IMG/VR virus record: IMGVR_UViG_3300021364_000001
Coordinates: 123,194 to 187,193 of that record
DNA length: 64,000 nucleotides
Reading direction: 5' to 3' (one strand)
Source: a virus
Both the position numbers and the translations under genes were made by a program. The notes under the pieces were generated by a model. The model saw nothing but the letters and a program-made list of their open reading frames with translations. It did not search any database and had not been told where the DNA came from. This document shows positions 1-9,439 of this stretch, piece by piece. Position 1 is the first letter of the stretch, and each line of letters starts with the position of its first letter.

Positions 1-137
1 GCACTGGTGACACAAGTCTGGGTGTATGTTACACCACCCAGAATGCTAGTCAGTTCTGCAATCAATTCTCTGGTGCGGTCTTCGGCAGTGCCACCCCGCC
101 AATAGTTCTCCATGTAGTTGTCTGACATGTGTGCCAT
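1..137 (-). CDS. Hypothetical protein, 5' part only (runs off window start)
   Basis: Manual translation MAHMSDNYMENYWRGGTAEDRTRELIAELTSILGGVTYTQTCVTS; its ATG overlaps the gp55 stop (ATGA). Not in ORF track. Confidence 0.65.
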   Translation of the reverse strand, partial: MAHMSDNYMENYWRGGTAEDRTRELIAELTSILGGVTYTQTCVTS

Positions 138-628
138 CAGTACCTCGTGTTGGATTCGACTCGGGACTTAATGTAGTTCATGTCTGCCATGTTGTCAAGG
201 TCGTCACTATGCATGACTTCCTCCCATCCCTTACGTTCTAGGATCTTCTCTCTAATTGACTGCTGCCTCTTCTCTTTGGCAATCCTACGCAGGTATGCAT
301 AGTACACAATCTGTGTGAAGTATGCAAACGGGTTGGATGATTTCTCTGGATCAAAGTTATGGATGTACTGAATACAGTTCTCGATACCATCACCAATCAT
401 GTCCTCACGGTACATGTAGTTGATGAAGTTGGGACGATAAGAGAGGTGCGTAGCAATTTTAAGGAAGCATTCACCAATATAGTTCGACACACGAGGTTTG
501 GGTTCACCCTTCTCTGCTGCCTGAGCACACTTGTTACGGTAGATAATCAGTTCATGAAGGAACTGCTTGTTATCTACATAGTGTTCTTTCTTTTTGGCGT
601 TCTTCCGTGCTGGCATAGAAATAGTCAT
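137..628 (-). CDS. gp55: T4-like late transcription sigma factor
   Basis: Motifs HYVDNKQF, YIGECFLKIA, NFINYMYREDMIGDGIENC, NPFAYFTQI typical of gp55; position next to uvsW matches cyanomyovirus synteny. Confidence 0.96.
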   Translation of the reverse strand: MTISMPARKNAKKKEHYVDNKQFLHELIIYRNKCAQAAEKGEPKPRVSNYIGECFLKIATHLSYRPNFINYMYREDMIGDGIENCIQYIHNFDPEKSSNPFAYFTQIVYYAYLRRIAKEKRQQSIREKILERKGWEEVMHSDDLDNMADMNYIKSRVESNTRY

Positions 629-651
629 AGTGGTCCTTCACGGATAGCATA

Positions 652-680
652 ATGTTAACTTATGGTGACAAAAAAGTCAA
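652..680 (-). promoter_or_regulatory. Sigma70-type promoter for gp55
   Basis: Minus strand TTGACT-N17-TAACAT, about 25 nt upstream of the gp55 start. Confidence 0.6.
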
Positions 681-696
681 GTGACAAAGTGACGGC

Positions 697-725
697 TTGA
701 CAAGAAGAAGAATTATAATTATAGT
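697..725 (+). promoter_or_regulatory. Near-consensus sigma70-type promoter pointing antisense to the upstream genes
   Basis: TTGACA (697-702), 17-nt spacer, TATAGT (720-725); no credible plus-strand gene follows. Confidence 0.6.
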
Positions 726-764
726 AACACAGTCAGGGTTCAGAGACAGAGTACCTTTAAGTTA

Positions 765-1214
765 TTACTTAGAGGATGACTCACTATTGAATATCTTCTC
801 TAAGAAAGATCTTGCTTCATCAACCTTAGACACCAGACCCATACTCTTGTTCATTGGAACTTCGGTCTCAGTGTCTTCTTCATTCATAATCTCTTTTCTA
901 ACCCAACGCTTATACATCATCACTGCTTCCTTTGACATAGGAGCAATGGTAGTAACAGAGGATTCATCTAACACATAGAAGTCTTCATCAGAGAAGTTCA
1001 TCCAGCGGATGAATGCCATAGCAACTTTCTGGTTCTTTGCATCTTCATCAGGATCCAACTCAATGACTTTTGTCTTAGCAGGATTCTGAATGAAGATCAT
1101 ATCTGTCTGAGTATCAGGATCTGTACTAACGAGGATCTCACCTAAGACCTCCTCCCCTGATGTCAGTTTGACTGTGCCGTAGAACTGTTCGTCGTGTCGA
1201 ATGTAATTAATCAT
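765..1214 (-). CDS. Conserved T4-like hypothetical protein (Sm-like N-terminus, uvsW-adjacent)
   Basis: FYGTVKLTSGEEVLGEI pattern recalled from the gene between uvsW and gp55 in cyanomyoviruses; overlaps uvsW stop. Confidence 0.75.
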   Translation of the reverse strand: MINYIRHDEQFYGTVKLTSGEEVLGEILVSTDPDTQTDMIFIQNPAKTKVIELDPDEDAKNQKVAMAFIRWMNFSDEDFYVLDESSVTTIAPMSKEAVMMYKRWVRKEIMNEEDTETEVPMNKSMGLVSKVDEARSFLEKIFNSESSSK

Positions 1215-2685
1215 GTTTTAGTTTGATCTCCTTGATTTCGTAATTGAATGACTCTTCTTGATAGATCTTGATTCTTTCAGCAAGATGACGAAGGGTATAA
1301 TTACTTCTGGATCCTCGGGAGCAGTTGTCTGCAATGTCATACAACACTGCCTGCGCCTTGTTTTCACCTTTACGAAGGACACGTCCAATAGATTGAAGGT
1401 TCCTTACTCTCGACTTGGATGGACTAGCAAAAATTACATTGTGTAGATTCTTGATATTGATACCAGTAGAGAAAGTTCCATACGATGCCAGGATGATGGC
1501 ATTGTTTTCTTTCTCACAGATAGATCGTGCTTGTTCACGATCGTAGGCGTCAATGCCACCGTGGATAAAGAAAGTCCTGCGTGGTTCAGGACCGCTCTTG
1601 ACCTTATTATTTAGCATCTCCCACAAAGGGTCCCCGTGCTTCTCCACGTAGTTGAACAGGATGAGAGTGTTACCTTTCAGATCACACGCTAGATTGGTGA
1701 TCAGATTATTTCTCTTACCATGACTGATGATGTAGTCCATCTCCTGATGGTAATCATCGAAAGGAACATACCCATGATTCAGCAGTAGGATATTTACTTT
1801 CAGTGGGGTGAGGTGTCCCTTCTTCATAAGGTCAGCAGTCTTTGTCACCTTGTCACATCGACCAAACAAACCTTCTAACACCAACTGATGAGTGTGCATA
1901 CCATCGAGAGTACCTGTCAGTCCTACGCGGTATTTTGCATCATGGCACTTGGTGAGAATACCTGACAGACTTTTCGCTTTGTATAGGTGTGCCTCGTCAC
2001 CGATGACTACATCAAAGTCCTTGAAGAACTTACGAGGTTCTTTGTAGATACTCTGCCAGGTAGAGATGACCACAGGTGCGTTTGTGTACTTCTCTGTGCC
2101 ACCCATGATCTTGTGACAGTATGCATCTGCCTTCCACCCATATTGTTGGAAGTCTTTGTACATCTGTTCAACCAGAGATACAGTAGGTACAATGATCAGC
2201 ACACGACGATCTAGACCTAGGTGCCAACGCACCAGAGCGTAGATGATCAGAGACTTTCCTGATCCTGTCGGGGATAGTAGAAGTCTGCGATTGTACCTAA
2301 GTGCCTGGTAAATTGCTCGTAACTGGTAATCTCTTGCTTTGAAAGGGAGTCCGAGAGATCTAACAAACCCCGCAGTTGCCTCAGGAGATACGAGTAGTTC
2401 ACATTCATTTGGTTTACCATAGAACTTGCTGTCTTCAACTTCCCATTCATATCCCTTCTCATCCAGAAACTCACACAGATAATCAAAAAGACCCGCATAT
2501 ATCTCCCCAGTAGCAGGAGAGTATAAGCGGATCTTGCCATCCCATTTCCATTTTTGATACTGAGGCATGTACTTTGCCTGAGGAACTTCAAACTGGAAGT
2601 GATCACTCAGTTCTTGATGTACATGTGGTTCTGCTGTTACCTTGACATAGACTTCATTCTTTTTTTCAATCTTAGTAATCACCAT
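1207..2685 (-). CDS. uvsW: SF2 DNA/RNA helicase UvsW
   Basis: Walker A SPTGSGKS, DEAH box, GLTGT, motif VI QSIGRVLR, N-terminal WDGKIRL. Confidence 0.97.
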   Translation of the reverse strand: MVITKIEKKNEVYVKVTAEPHVHQELSDHFQFEVPQAKYMPQYQKWKWDGKIRLYSPATGEIYAGLFDYLCEFLDEKGYEWEVEDSKFYGKPNECELLVSPEATAGFVRSLGLPFKARDYQLRAIYQALRYNRRLLLSPTGSGKSLIIYALVRWHLGLDRRVLIIVPTVSLVEQMYKDFQQYGWKADAYCHKIMGGTEKYTNAPVVISTWQSIYKEPRKFFKDFDVVIGDEAHLYKAKSLSGILTKCHDAKYRVGLTGTLDGMHTHQLVLEGLFGRCDKVTKTADLMKKGHLTPLKVNILLLNHGYVPFDDYHQEMDYIISHGKRNNLITNLACDLKGNTLILFNYVEKHGDPLWEMLNNKVKSGPEPRRTFFIHGGIDAYDREQARSICEKENNAIILASYGTFSTGINIKNLHNVIFASPSKSRVRNLQSIGRVLRKGENKAQAVLYDIADNCSRGSRSNYTLRHLAERIKIYQEESFNYEIKEIKLKHD

Positions 2686-3094
2686 GTCGTCTCAGATCAA
2701 TGAAATTCTTAATCTGGAACCCACGAGAGGAACACTGTTTAAGAATCTGTTCTAAGTAATTTATACAAGTTTCAAGGTAGTCGATCTTCTGCTTGTTTCT
2801 CAACCAGTCTTCGTCTGCCCAGATGTATGTGGTGATGTCAGTTTTGAGTACCTTATGATTGAATGGTTTCTCAGCGTATACCTTAGCGGGTGCCTTGCCT
2901 GAGTAGTATTCAAACTTCTGTTTGTACAGCATCTTTGCTTTGGTCTCAGCATCCGATAGCATCAGTTTGAACTGGGACCAGATGTTCAGGTACTTCTCGT
3001 GGATAACAGTGACCTTGAAGTTTTCAGTGTCGAGATCGTTCTGGTCTACAACACAGTCCTCTCTCCACATCTCACGGATTTCATCTAATGTCAT
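2672..3094 (-). CDS. uvsY: Recombination mediator protein UvsY
   Basis: 140 aa helical protein with EYYSGKA, HKVLKTD and RGFQIKNFID motifs; adjacent to uvsW. Confidence 0.92.
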   Translation of the reverse strand: MTLDEIREMWREDCVVDQNDLDTENFKVTVIHEKYLNIWSQFKLMLSDAETKAKMLYKQKFEYYSGKAPAKVYAEKPFNHKVLKTDITTYIWADEDWLRNKQKIDYLETCINYLEQILKQCSSRGFQIKNFIDLRRHGDY

Positions 3095-3663
3095 TCAAGT
3101 GTGGTCCTCCTTGCACCTTCTTTGTCTACGATGTCATACGAAGTATACCTGAACTCGACTGATGCCGTGGCATACTCTGTACCATCAATAGTAGCATTAA
3201 ATTCCAGAGCATTCAACGACACAGGGAACAAGTCCTTGAAGTTGACAAAGAAGTTAGTCTGCATGTTAGAGTTCATGACAGCAAGAGAACCATCACAACG
3301 TGGTGTGTACTGCTCTTCATAGTCTCCACGTTCCCACGTATGGTTACCACCACTGATACCACGCATCCAGTTGTGGATAATCAAATAATTTTCTAAGTCT
3401 TCGTCTACCAGGAACGTCAGTGTGAACGGTTCGTAGTTCAAACCATGAGCATCCCACGGTACAGGGCGACCCAGCATAGTAGGTTGCTCGATCGTGTTCA
3501 GTCCGATACCAGGAATGTTTGCAGACTGTGAGAAGTAAGGCACCTTGGGGAACTGTTCCAACAGCATCTTAAACCCAATAGGCGACAAGAAGTTTCTGTT
3601 ATCCAGCTGCTTGGTCCACAGTGCTGTAAGATCCTGGTTGTTCTCTACGCCATACAGTGCCAT
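3091..3663 (-). CDS. gp3: Tail tube terminator / tail completion protein
   Basis: NFLSPIGF, VPYFSQSANIPGI, FTLTFLVDEDLENYLIIHNWM, FPVSLNALEF are gp3/gp19-fold signatures; synteny. Confidence 0.9.
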   Translation of the reverse strand: MALYGVENNQDLTALWTKQLDNRNFLSPIGFKMLLEQFPKVPYFSQSANIPGIGLNTIEQPTMLGRPVPWDAHGLNYEPFTLTFLVDEDLENYLIIHNWMRGISGGNHTWERGDYEEQYTPRCDGSLAVMNSNMQTNFFVNFKDLFPVSLNALEFNATIDGTEYATASVEFRYTSYDIVDKEGARRTTLE

Positions 3664-3845
3664 TACTTGTTCCTCAGGAGTTCTTCGATTCTTCTCCTGG
3701 TATTTATGGCATCCTCTTTCTCTTTTTCACAATGACGATATCCTCCCTTTGAATGGTAGATCATATGACCTTGATAGATCATAGTGATACCAAACAAAAA
3801 GAGGAGAACAACTCCAATCCAATCTATAAGTGTGGATTGATCCAT
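3663..3845 (-). CDS. Small membrane protein
   Basis: 60 aa, one hydrophobic helix, TAATG overlap with gp3. Confidence 0.7.
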   Translation of the reverse strand: MDQSTLIDWIGVVLLFLFGITMIYQGHMIYHSKGGYRHCEKEKEDAINTRRRIEELLRNK

Positions 3846-4042
3846 GGCACAACAGGAGGGATCACTCCAATAAGTCGAAGCAGACCCTCAGCAAAAAGTG
3901 CAAGAACAACCCACCCAACACACATAGAGATAATTGAAGCATTACGATTGTGCTTTCGTATGGCAGCATCGATCATCTCCTGTACACGTTCTTCTGTGAG
4001 TCTCTCTGGGATCTCTACATCGTTACCCCAGTTCCATTTCAT
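3824..4042 (-). CDS. Small membrane protein
   Basis: 72 aa, C-terminal hydrophobic segment ASIISMCVGWVVLALFAEGLLRLIGVIPP; overlaps both neighbours. Confidence 0.75.
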   Translation of the reverse strand: MKWNWGNDVEIPERLTEERVQEMIDAAIRKHNRNASIISMCVGWVVLALFAEGLLRLIGVIPPVVPWINPHL

Positions 4043-4194
4043 GCTTCTTCTCCATACCAGAAGTCTGCCCAGTCCTCAGCATCTCCTTCGTATACTGGAC
4101 AGGGTTCTTCCATAAGGATGTCTGTCTTCATCCTCAGAGTTCTCTCGTGCAACTCAGGAAGCATTTCGTCGATGAAGTCTAGATCCTTGTTCAT
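4039..4194 (-). CDS. Small acidic hypothetical protein (51 aa)
   Basis: Manual translation MNKDLDFIDEMLPELHERTLRMKTDILMEEPCPVYEGDAEDWADFWYGEEA; ATGA overlaps at both ends. Below ORF-track cutoff. Confidence 0.75.
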   Translation of the reverse strand: MNKDLDFIDEMLPELHERTLRMKTDILMEEPCPVYEGDAEDWADFWYGEEA

Positions 4195-4355
4195 TGGCGG
4201 TACTCATTCAGAATATCTAGGACTGCATTATAGGCGGCATGGGCACCGTCGTGCCATTCCCCACTTTTGTCTTTATGTTCTCCGTCATAGAGAGCAGTCT
4301 TTAACTTGTAGATCCTCGCCTGAATTTCTGGTTTCAGCATGATTCCTCTCGGCAT
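4191..4355 (-). CDS. Small hypothetical protein (54 aa)
   Basis: Manual translation MPRGIMLKPEIQARIYKLKTALYDGEHKDKSGEWHDGAHAAYNAVLDILNEYRQ; late promoter upstream; ATGA overlap with next ORF. Confidence 0.75.
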   Translation of the reverse strand: MPRGIMLKPEIQARIYKLKTALYDGEHKDKSGEWHDGAHAAYNAVLDILNEYRQ

Positions 4356-4376
4356 GGTCTTCCATAGTATAATTAC

Positions 4377-4383
4377 TATTTAA
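4377..4383 (-). promoter_or_regulatory. Late (gp55-dependent) promoter
   Basis: TTAAATA on minus strand right after the gp23 terminator. Confidence 0.65.
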
Positions 4384-4384
4384 C

Positions 4385-4409
4385 AAAAAAGGGGTCCCGA
4401 AGGACCCCC
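4385..4409 (-). terminator. Rho-independent terminator after gp23
   Basis: GGGGTCC-TTCG-GGACCCC hairpin with cUUCGg loop followed by TTTTTTGTT. Confidence 0.9.
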
Positions 4410-4435
4410 AAGAAGACTCGTTTGTGAGCAATCGA

Positions 4436-5782
4436 TCACATGAGGTTATCGACCAGCACACGACGATAGTAGCGGTTGGCGTTAGCAGTAAGAGCACCGC
4501 TCCCCTGCGTTGTTCCTTCTGCAAACGGGTTCGCAACCATGCCGTAGCGGGTCTTGAAGCCGATCTTGGGCTGGAATGTATCCTGTCCAACGGCGCGAAC
4601 CATTTGGAGGGGCACATAGGGGCAGTAGAACAGACCAGCATCGTAGGCGCTAGAACCTTTGTAACCAGCCACATAGAAGTGACGGTCAGAAACGTTAGCG
4701 GAATAGGGGTCAACGTAGACCTTGATGCGTCCGTTCAGTGTACCAGCCAGGGTGCTGCTGTTGTCATCGGGAAGCAGGTTGCTATTACCCGAGAGAGCAG
4801 GGGTGTAATCCAGAACACCTGCCATGGACAGTGCCGAAGCAACGTCAGCAGAACAGATGAGGATGTTACCCTTCCCGCGACGAGTCTCATGACCGATAGC
4901 GTTCATGTCGCGCTCGATCTGGAAAAGGAGACCCTTGAACTTCTCAACCGACCAGCGACCGTTGGAATCAACGTCGAGGTCAAAGATGCCAGCAGTAGCT
5001 GTGTTGTTCTGAGCGCCAGGGCGAGCAATGCGGTATACGGTACGTACAACTTCGCGGTTGATCTCAGCCAGAACCTCAGTAGAGAGGATGTTGGCAAGCT
5101 CAGACTCAGCATCGAGACCATGAACAGCTTTCAGGTCTTGGGCGAGTTCAAGCGAGTATTCTGCTTTCAGAGCACGGGACTTGGCGGTGACGGTGACCTT
5201 CTCGATGGAGAAGTTCATTTCAGCGAAGGCATTGCCTGCTGCATCGCCCAGTGCCTCAGCCTCAGCAGTCGGCATACCGTCAGAGACGGTGTAGGTGCCG
5301 CTGTCATTCAGCAGACCAGGGTTGGTGCCGCTCTGGGCGGTACGACCGAGGTTCGATGCTGCGTTCTCAGCAGAGAACTCCGAATCGGCTTCGTTGAAGA
5401 AGGCTTCGGTGCCAGCGGTACGGTTGGTGCCATAGCGTGAACGCATGGCAAAGATGAGACCAGTAGGACCAGTCATCGGTTGAACGCCTGCGATATCATA
5501 GGCGATCAGCTTAGGCATCGAGCGACGGATCAGCGAGATCAGTACGGGGTCGAAACCAGCGACAGGACCAGTGGCAGTGCTGCTACCAGAGAAACCAGCG
5601 GTGCCAGCACTCATGGTGGGGGCGGCTTCACTCAGCACGCCTGCTTCCTCACGGAGGAACTTTTCTTGGTTTTCGAGCAGGATAGAGGTGACAGCCTTTC
5701 TATATTTGTCCGAAATGTTGTTCAGTTCGGAGTGTTCCAGAATGGGTGCCCACTTTTCCTGCAAAGATTCAGAGTTGAACAT
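4436..5782 (-). CDS. gp23: Major capsid protein
   Basis: GFDPVLISLIRRSMP, GVQPMTGPTGLIFAMR, KSRALKAEYSLELAQDLKAVHGLDAE, FQPKIGFKTRYG. Confidence 0.99.
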   Translation of the reverse strand: MFNSESLQEKWAPILEHSELNNISDKYRKAVTSILLENQEKFLREEAGVLSEAAPTMSAGTAGFSGSSTATGPVAGFDPVLISLIRRSMPKLIAYDIAGVQPMTGPTGLIFAMRSRYGTNRTAGTEAFFNEADSEFSAENAASNLGRTAQSGTNPGLLNDSGTYTVSDGMPTAEAEALGDAAGNAFAEMNFSIEKVTVTAKSRALKAEYSLELAQDLKAVHGLDAESELANILSTEVLAEINREVVRTVYRIARPGAQNNTATAGIFDLDVDSNGRWSVEKFKGLLFQIERDMNAIGHETRRGKGNILICSADVASALSMAGVLDYTPALSGNSNLLPDDNSSTLAGTLNGRIKVYVDPYSANVSDRHFYVAGYKGSSAYDAGLFYCPYVPLQMVRAVGQDTFQPKIGFKTRYGMVANPFAEGTTQGSGALTANANRYYRRVLVDNLM

Positions 5783-5820
5783 TTGCTTTTTTACCTTTAT
5801 TGGATAGTGGAACTAGTAAA

Positions 5821-6858
5821 TCACTTAGCCCAGCGGGAAAGTGCTTGGACGTAGGCAGACATAGTGTCGCCAACTTCCTGATTCTCAACCTGAACGTCCT
5901 CAGTAACCTCAGTTACTTCGGGCTTGGTGGAGAAATACGACTCACGAAGGGTCGCAACCTTCCCACGGAAGGATTCTTCATCATCAAACTCAACTCCCTC
6001 AGCAAGAGATGCCATCTTTTCGCGTTGCGAAAGGGACAGACCCTCACTCAGTTCGCTCACAATCCCATTCTTGATATAACCGCCGATCTCCTTAGTGAGA
6101 CCAACGTTCTCTTCGATTTGTTCGTTGAGTTTATTTTGCATGATGTCAAGTTGCTCGGTCATTTCGTCAACCAAGTCAACTTTCTCGTCGGGAAGTTCGA
6201 TAGAATTCTCGACGAAAACCTGTTTGAGTCCAGCAAGGACAGACTCAGCCATCTCGGTCTTGATACCGTGCTCGATAGCGAGTTCATTGTCCTTTGCCCA
6301 CTTGTTGACAGCAAACGAAAGATACTCGTCTACTTGCTCAGCAAGTTCAGCCTTGACAGACTCAATTTCTTCTTCAAGAACCTTAGCGTAATCGCCATGG
6401 ATACGATCCAGTTCTTCGTTGAGGCGGGAAACAACTGCCGCTTCAAAGATGGTAGCAGCCTTCTCCTTGAATGCTTCGCTCAGGTCTTCACCTTCGGTCA
6501 GCGCAGCAACGTCAGCAGAGAGGTCGATAGCAATGGTTTCGACTTCTTCTTCCTCAGCAATCACTTCCTCGCCTTCGTTCTCAACGTGATCGAAGGTAGG
6601 TTTCTTGGAGAGAGTGTCTTGCTTGTTACCCGAAGCATCGGAAGGCTTAGTGGTAGGAGCGGAAGCACTCTTGGCGACGATCTTATACTTGTTGCTCTCG
6701 TCGTCAGGCTTGCTGTTTTGAGGAGTAGGACCACCCAGGTCCTGAACGCCACCCAGGGAGGAACCGTCGTCCGACAGTTTACCCTGCGGGTCGGCAGGCT
6801 TGGCACCAGCAGTCACGCTGGATTCTTCAATGGTTGTTTCTTCAATCTTGTCAGACAT
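5821..6858 (-). CDS. gp22: Prohead core scaffolding protein
   Basis: Acidic coiled coil with FKEKAATIFEAAV, VDEYLSF, KVATLRESYF; between gp21 and gp23. Confidence 0.93.
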   Translation of the reverse strand: MSDKIEETTIEESSVTAGAKPADPQGKLSDDGSSLGGVQDLGGPTPQNSKPDDESNKYKIVAKSASAPTTKPSDASGNKQDTLSKKPTFDHVENEGEEVIAEEEEVETIAIDLSADVAALTEGEDLSEAFKEKAATIFEAAVVSRLNEELDRIHGDYAKVLEEEIESVKAELAEQVDEYLSFAVNKWAKDNELAIEHGIKTEMAESVLAGLKQVFVENSIELPDEKVDLVDEMTEQLDIMQNKLNEQIEENVGLTKEIGGYIKNGIVSELSEGLSLSQREKMASLAEGVEFDDEESFRGKVATLRESYFSTKPEVTEVTEDVQVENQEVGDTMSAYVQALSRWAK

Positions 6859-6897
6859 TGTGTTCCTCTTGCTGTGGTTGCTGTGATTGCTACTAAT

Positions 6898-6904
6898 TAT
6901 TTAT
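6898..6904 (-). promoter_or_regulatory. Late promoter for gp22/gp23
   Basis: ATAAATA on minus strand just after the gp21 stop. Confidence 0.75.
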
Positions 6905-6906
6905 GA

Positions 6907-7554
6907 TTACAGATTTTTCAGAAACTCTGAAAACGCGGAGATCTTTCTCTCTTCCAACTGGGTTTGCGCGGCATTATCGATTCGTCTTTTGATCTCATCG
7001 ATTTTAGATTCGGCAATGTTACCATTTGCCCACACCCATTCCTTACCTTCCATAATCCCGTTGACAAATGCCTCAGGGGCAGAAGGATCTGCTACGATGT
7101 CAGCAGCAGTGGCGAGCATAAAATCCTCACCAACGATCTTGACACCGTTCTCTTCCTTGATAGAACCGAGACCGCGTGAAGACACACCCAACTTCACACC
7201 CTCGTCAAGCAGTTGCTTAGCGATCTTACCCATCGGTGTTTCTAGCAGTCTTGCTTTACCGATGAAGTTATTACCTTCTCTTTGGAGAGATGTAATAAGG
7301 TGGGAAGCACGATCCAAATTAATAGTAGGACCATCGGGATGACCCAGTTCACCCAGAGCACGACCAGTTTTAACGAAATTTTCGTTATACTTCTGAACCT
7401 CACGCTCCATGGTTCTCATGGGATACATGCGACCGTTACGGTTGGTGATTTCTGCTTGAAGAAAAACACCTTCAATAAAGGTGTTACGCTTGCCGTTCTT
7501 ACCCTCGGTAATTACGATTCTTGCGTCTTCAATCTTCTCCGTTATCAGTTTCAT
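6907..7554 (-). CDS. gp21: Prohead protease
   Basis: MKLITE start, IEGVFLQAE, NRNGRMYP, ALGELGHP, LGVSSRGLGS, DIVADPSAP. Start moved to 7554 from the track's 7656. Confidence 0.97.
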   Translation of the reverse strand: MKLITEKIEDARIVITEGKNGKRNTFIEGVFLQAEITNRNGRMYPMRTMEREVQKYNENFVKTGRALGELGHPDGPTINLDRASHLITSLQREGNNFIGKARLLETPMGKIAKQLLDEGVKLGVSSRGLGSIKEENGVKIVGEDFMLATAADIVADPSAPEAFVNGIMEGKEWVWANGNIAESKIDEIKRRIDNAAQTQLEERKISAFSEFLKNL

Positions 7555-7780
7555 CAGTGGGTTCCTCTGTGGGTTGGTCGGGGGGAATGGCGTCTTCGGG
7601 TTGCTCAGTGTTCTCAGGTCCCTCTTCTGGGGTTGCGAACATCTTTGCACCGACATCCTTTTTCATGTCACCAATTTTGTCCATGGCAAGGGATTTCATT
7701 TGCTGATCAACATAGTCAGAAAGATCTTTCTGTCCAGCAAACAGCGCATTTACAATTTCAAGGGATGTGTCGGAAGGCAT
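7529..7780 (-). CDS. Small prohead-associated protein (gp67/gp68 position)
   Basis: 83 aa with acidic Pro-rich tail, between gp20 and gp21, own late promoter. Confidence 0.7.
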   Translation of the reverse strand: MPSDTSLEIVNALFAGQKDLSDYVDQQMKSLAMDKIGDMKKDVGAKMFATPEEGPENTEQPEDAIPPDQPTEEPTDETDNGED

Positions 7781-7802
7781 AATGATAAGTTTCCAGTAAT
7801 AC

Positions 7803-7809
7803 TATTTAG
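7803..7809 (-). promoter_or_regulatory. Late promoter overlapping gp20 stop codon
   Basis: CTAAATA; its TAA is the gp20 stop. Confidence 0.7.
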
Positions 7810-9416
7810 ATGTTTCCTTTTTCAAAGTCTTTGGGATCAATACCTTGTTCCTCTTCTTGCGGAGGTTCGGGTGGCATCAGAGACAATTCCATCTGTGCTT
7901 TCTCCATTTGCTGCATCTCAGCAGGAGAGACAACCAGACCTGCTTCAATCTCTGCTTCCATCTGCTTATCAATCTCGTTGAACTCCGCATCAGACTGACG
8001 CAGAATGTTACGACGAAGATATTCCAGAGAGAAATACTTACCAGCGTAAGGATCCATCTGTTGCAAGAGAGCGAGTCTCTCGTTCATGACTTCCTTCTCC
8101 TTCATTTCGGAGAAGTAGTTGTCAGCAATGAAGGAATACTGAATGTGCTCCTTCATTTCGTCCCACTCATCAAGAGTGATGACGCCTTTGAGAACCAGTT
8201 GAGTTCTCAGAAGATCGTTAAAGAGATCACTGAACTTCTTACGAAGTCTGGTGACGAACTTCTGGAACTTAACTTCGTCTCTGGTGATTTCGGCACTACG
8301 ACCGACGTTGAAACTGCTTTCAGATTCCAATCTAGACTCTGGGACATTCAGAGATCTATACAGTTTCTTCTGGAAATACTTAACGTCTTCCAGTTCTCCA
8401 AGGTTTTGCCCGCCAGGAAGGGTAGAAATTTCTGTACCGCGCCCGCCCTCGCGTCTCGGAAGCCAGAAGTCTTCCAACATAGACATAAATTTCTTATCGT
8501 CTCTGATCTCGCCAGTGTCAGCATTGTATACTAACTTATTACGATAGCGAGACATCACTTCACGCAGGTATTGTTCTGCCTTCTGCTTAGGCAGGTTACC
8601 CACATCAATGTAGAAGATGCGACGTTCAGGTGCTCTGCTCAGACGATAAATGACCAGAGAGTCCTCAATCATGCGAAGTTGATTGAGTGCCTTAATTGCC
8701 TTGTGAAGGTGTGACAACACATAATTGCGTTGCATATCCAACTGACCAGAGTGGCAGTATGTGATAGCATCTGGCGCAATTTTGATGCCATTGTTCTCGT
8801 AACCTTTCAGACCCTTGGGTGAGTAGATGTAATACTCCACAGACTTAGGCACGATAGATGCTGTCTGAGGATCGATAGGTTGGAGACGATCTTTGGGTTT
8901 GTCGAATTCGACAACCTTCTTGATCTTACGAGGATCGATATATCTAAGTTCCGTAATACCAGCAGCGGGATTCTTAGTGTCGATCATCTTATGATAGAAC
9001 AGGCGTCCATCGATATACCAGCGACGGAAGATATCGTATGCCTTTCTATCAAAGTCTAGAAGAACCAGAACGTTCTCAAACTCTTCGCGGATTCTATTGC
9101 GAAGTGTCTGGGACACTTTCAGGTGTTGAAGGTCAATGTCAACGGGGTGATCATTCAGATCCCCAGCGATCGCTTCATTGACAACATCATTAATTGCAGC
9201 ATCACACTCAGGGTGGAGAGACATCTCACGATATCTACCGATCAGGTCTGCTTCCGATGCCTTGTTAGCGGCATCACCCATCTCAACATACTGTCCAAAA
9301 TATCCACCAGCAACGATGGGTTGGGCAGCGTCATCCGACTCTTTACGAACAAAAGAAGGACCAGTTCCCTGATCCTTCTTTCTCTCTAACGAATAACCAA
9401 ATAGTTGAGACATCAA
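7806..9416 (-). CDS. gp20: Portal vertex protein
   Basis: WYIDGRLFYHK, LRMIEDSLVIYRLSRAPERRIFYIDVGNLPK, EDFWLPRREGGRGTEISTLPGGQNLGE. Confidence 0.99.
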   Translation of the reverse strand: MMSQLFGYSLERKKDQGTGPSFVRKESDDAAQPIVAGGYFGQYVEMGDAANKASEADLIGRYREMSLHPECDAAINDVVNEAIAGDLNDHPVDIDLQHLKVSQTLRNRIREEFENVLVLLDFDRKAYDIFRRWYIDGRLFYHKMIDTKNPAAGITELRYIDPRKIKKVVEFDKPKDRLQPIDPQTASIVPKSVEYYIYSPKGLKGYENNGIKIAPDAITYCHSGQLDMQRNYVLSHLHKAIKALNQLRMIEDSLVIYRLSRAPERRIFYIDVGNLPKQKAEQYLREVMSRYRNKLVYNADTGEIRDDKKFMSMLEDFWLPRREGGRGTEISTLPGGQNLGELEDVKYFQKKLYRSLNVPESRLESESSFNVGRSAEITRDEVKFQKFVTRLRKKFSDLFNDLLRTQLVLKGVITLDEWDEMKEHIQYSFIADNYFSEMKEKEVMNERLALLQQMDPYAGKYFSLEYLRRNILRQSDAEFNEIDKQMEAEIEAGLVVSPAEMQQMEKAQMELSLMPPEPPQEEEQGIDPKDFEKGNI

Positions 9417-9439
9417 CGTGAGCGCAATTTCTTCTCTAC

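Noticed and set aside
697-978. Plus-strand 93-aa ORF near the antisense promoter
   Set aside because: Its TTG start is inside the -35 box, so it would precede the transcript start; no family features.
7555-7656. Track's N-terminal extension of gp21
   Set aside because: It overlaps the upstream gene; MKLITE is the canonical start.
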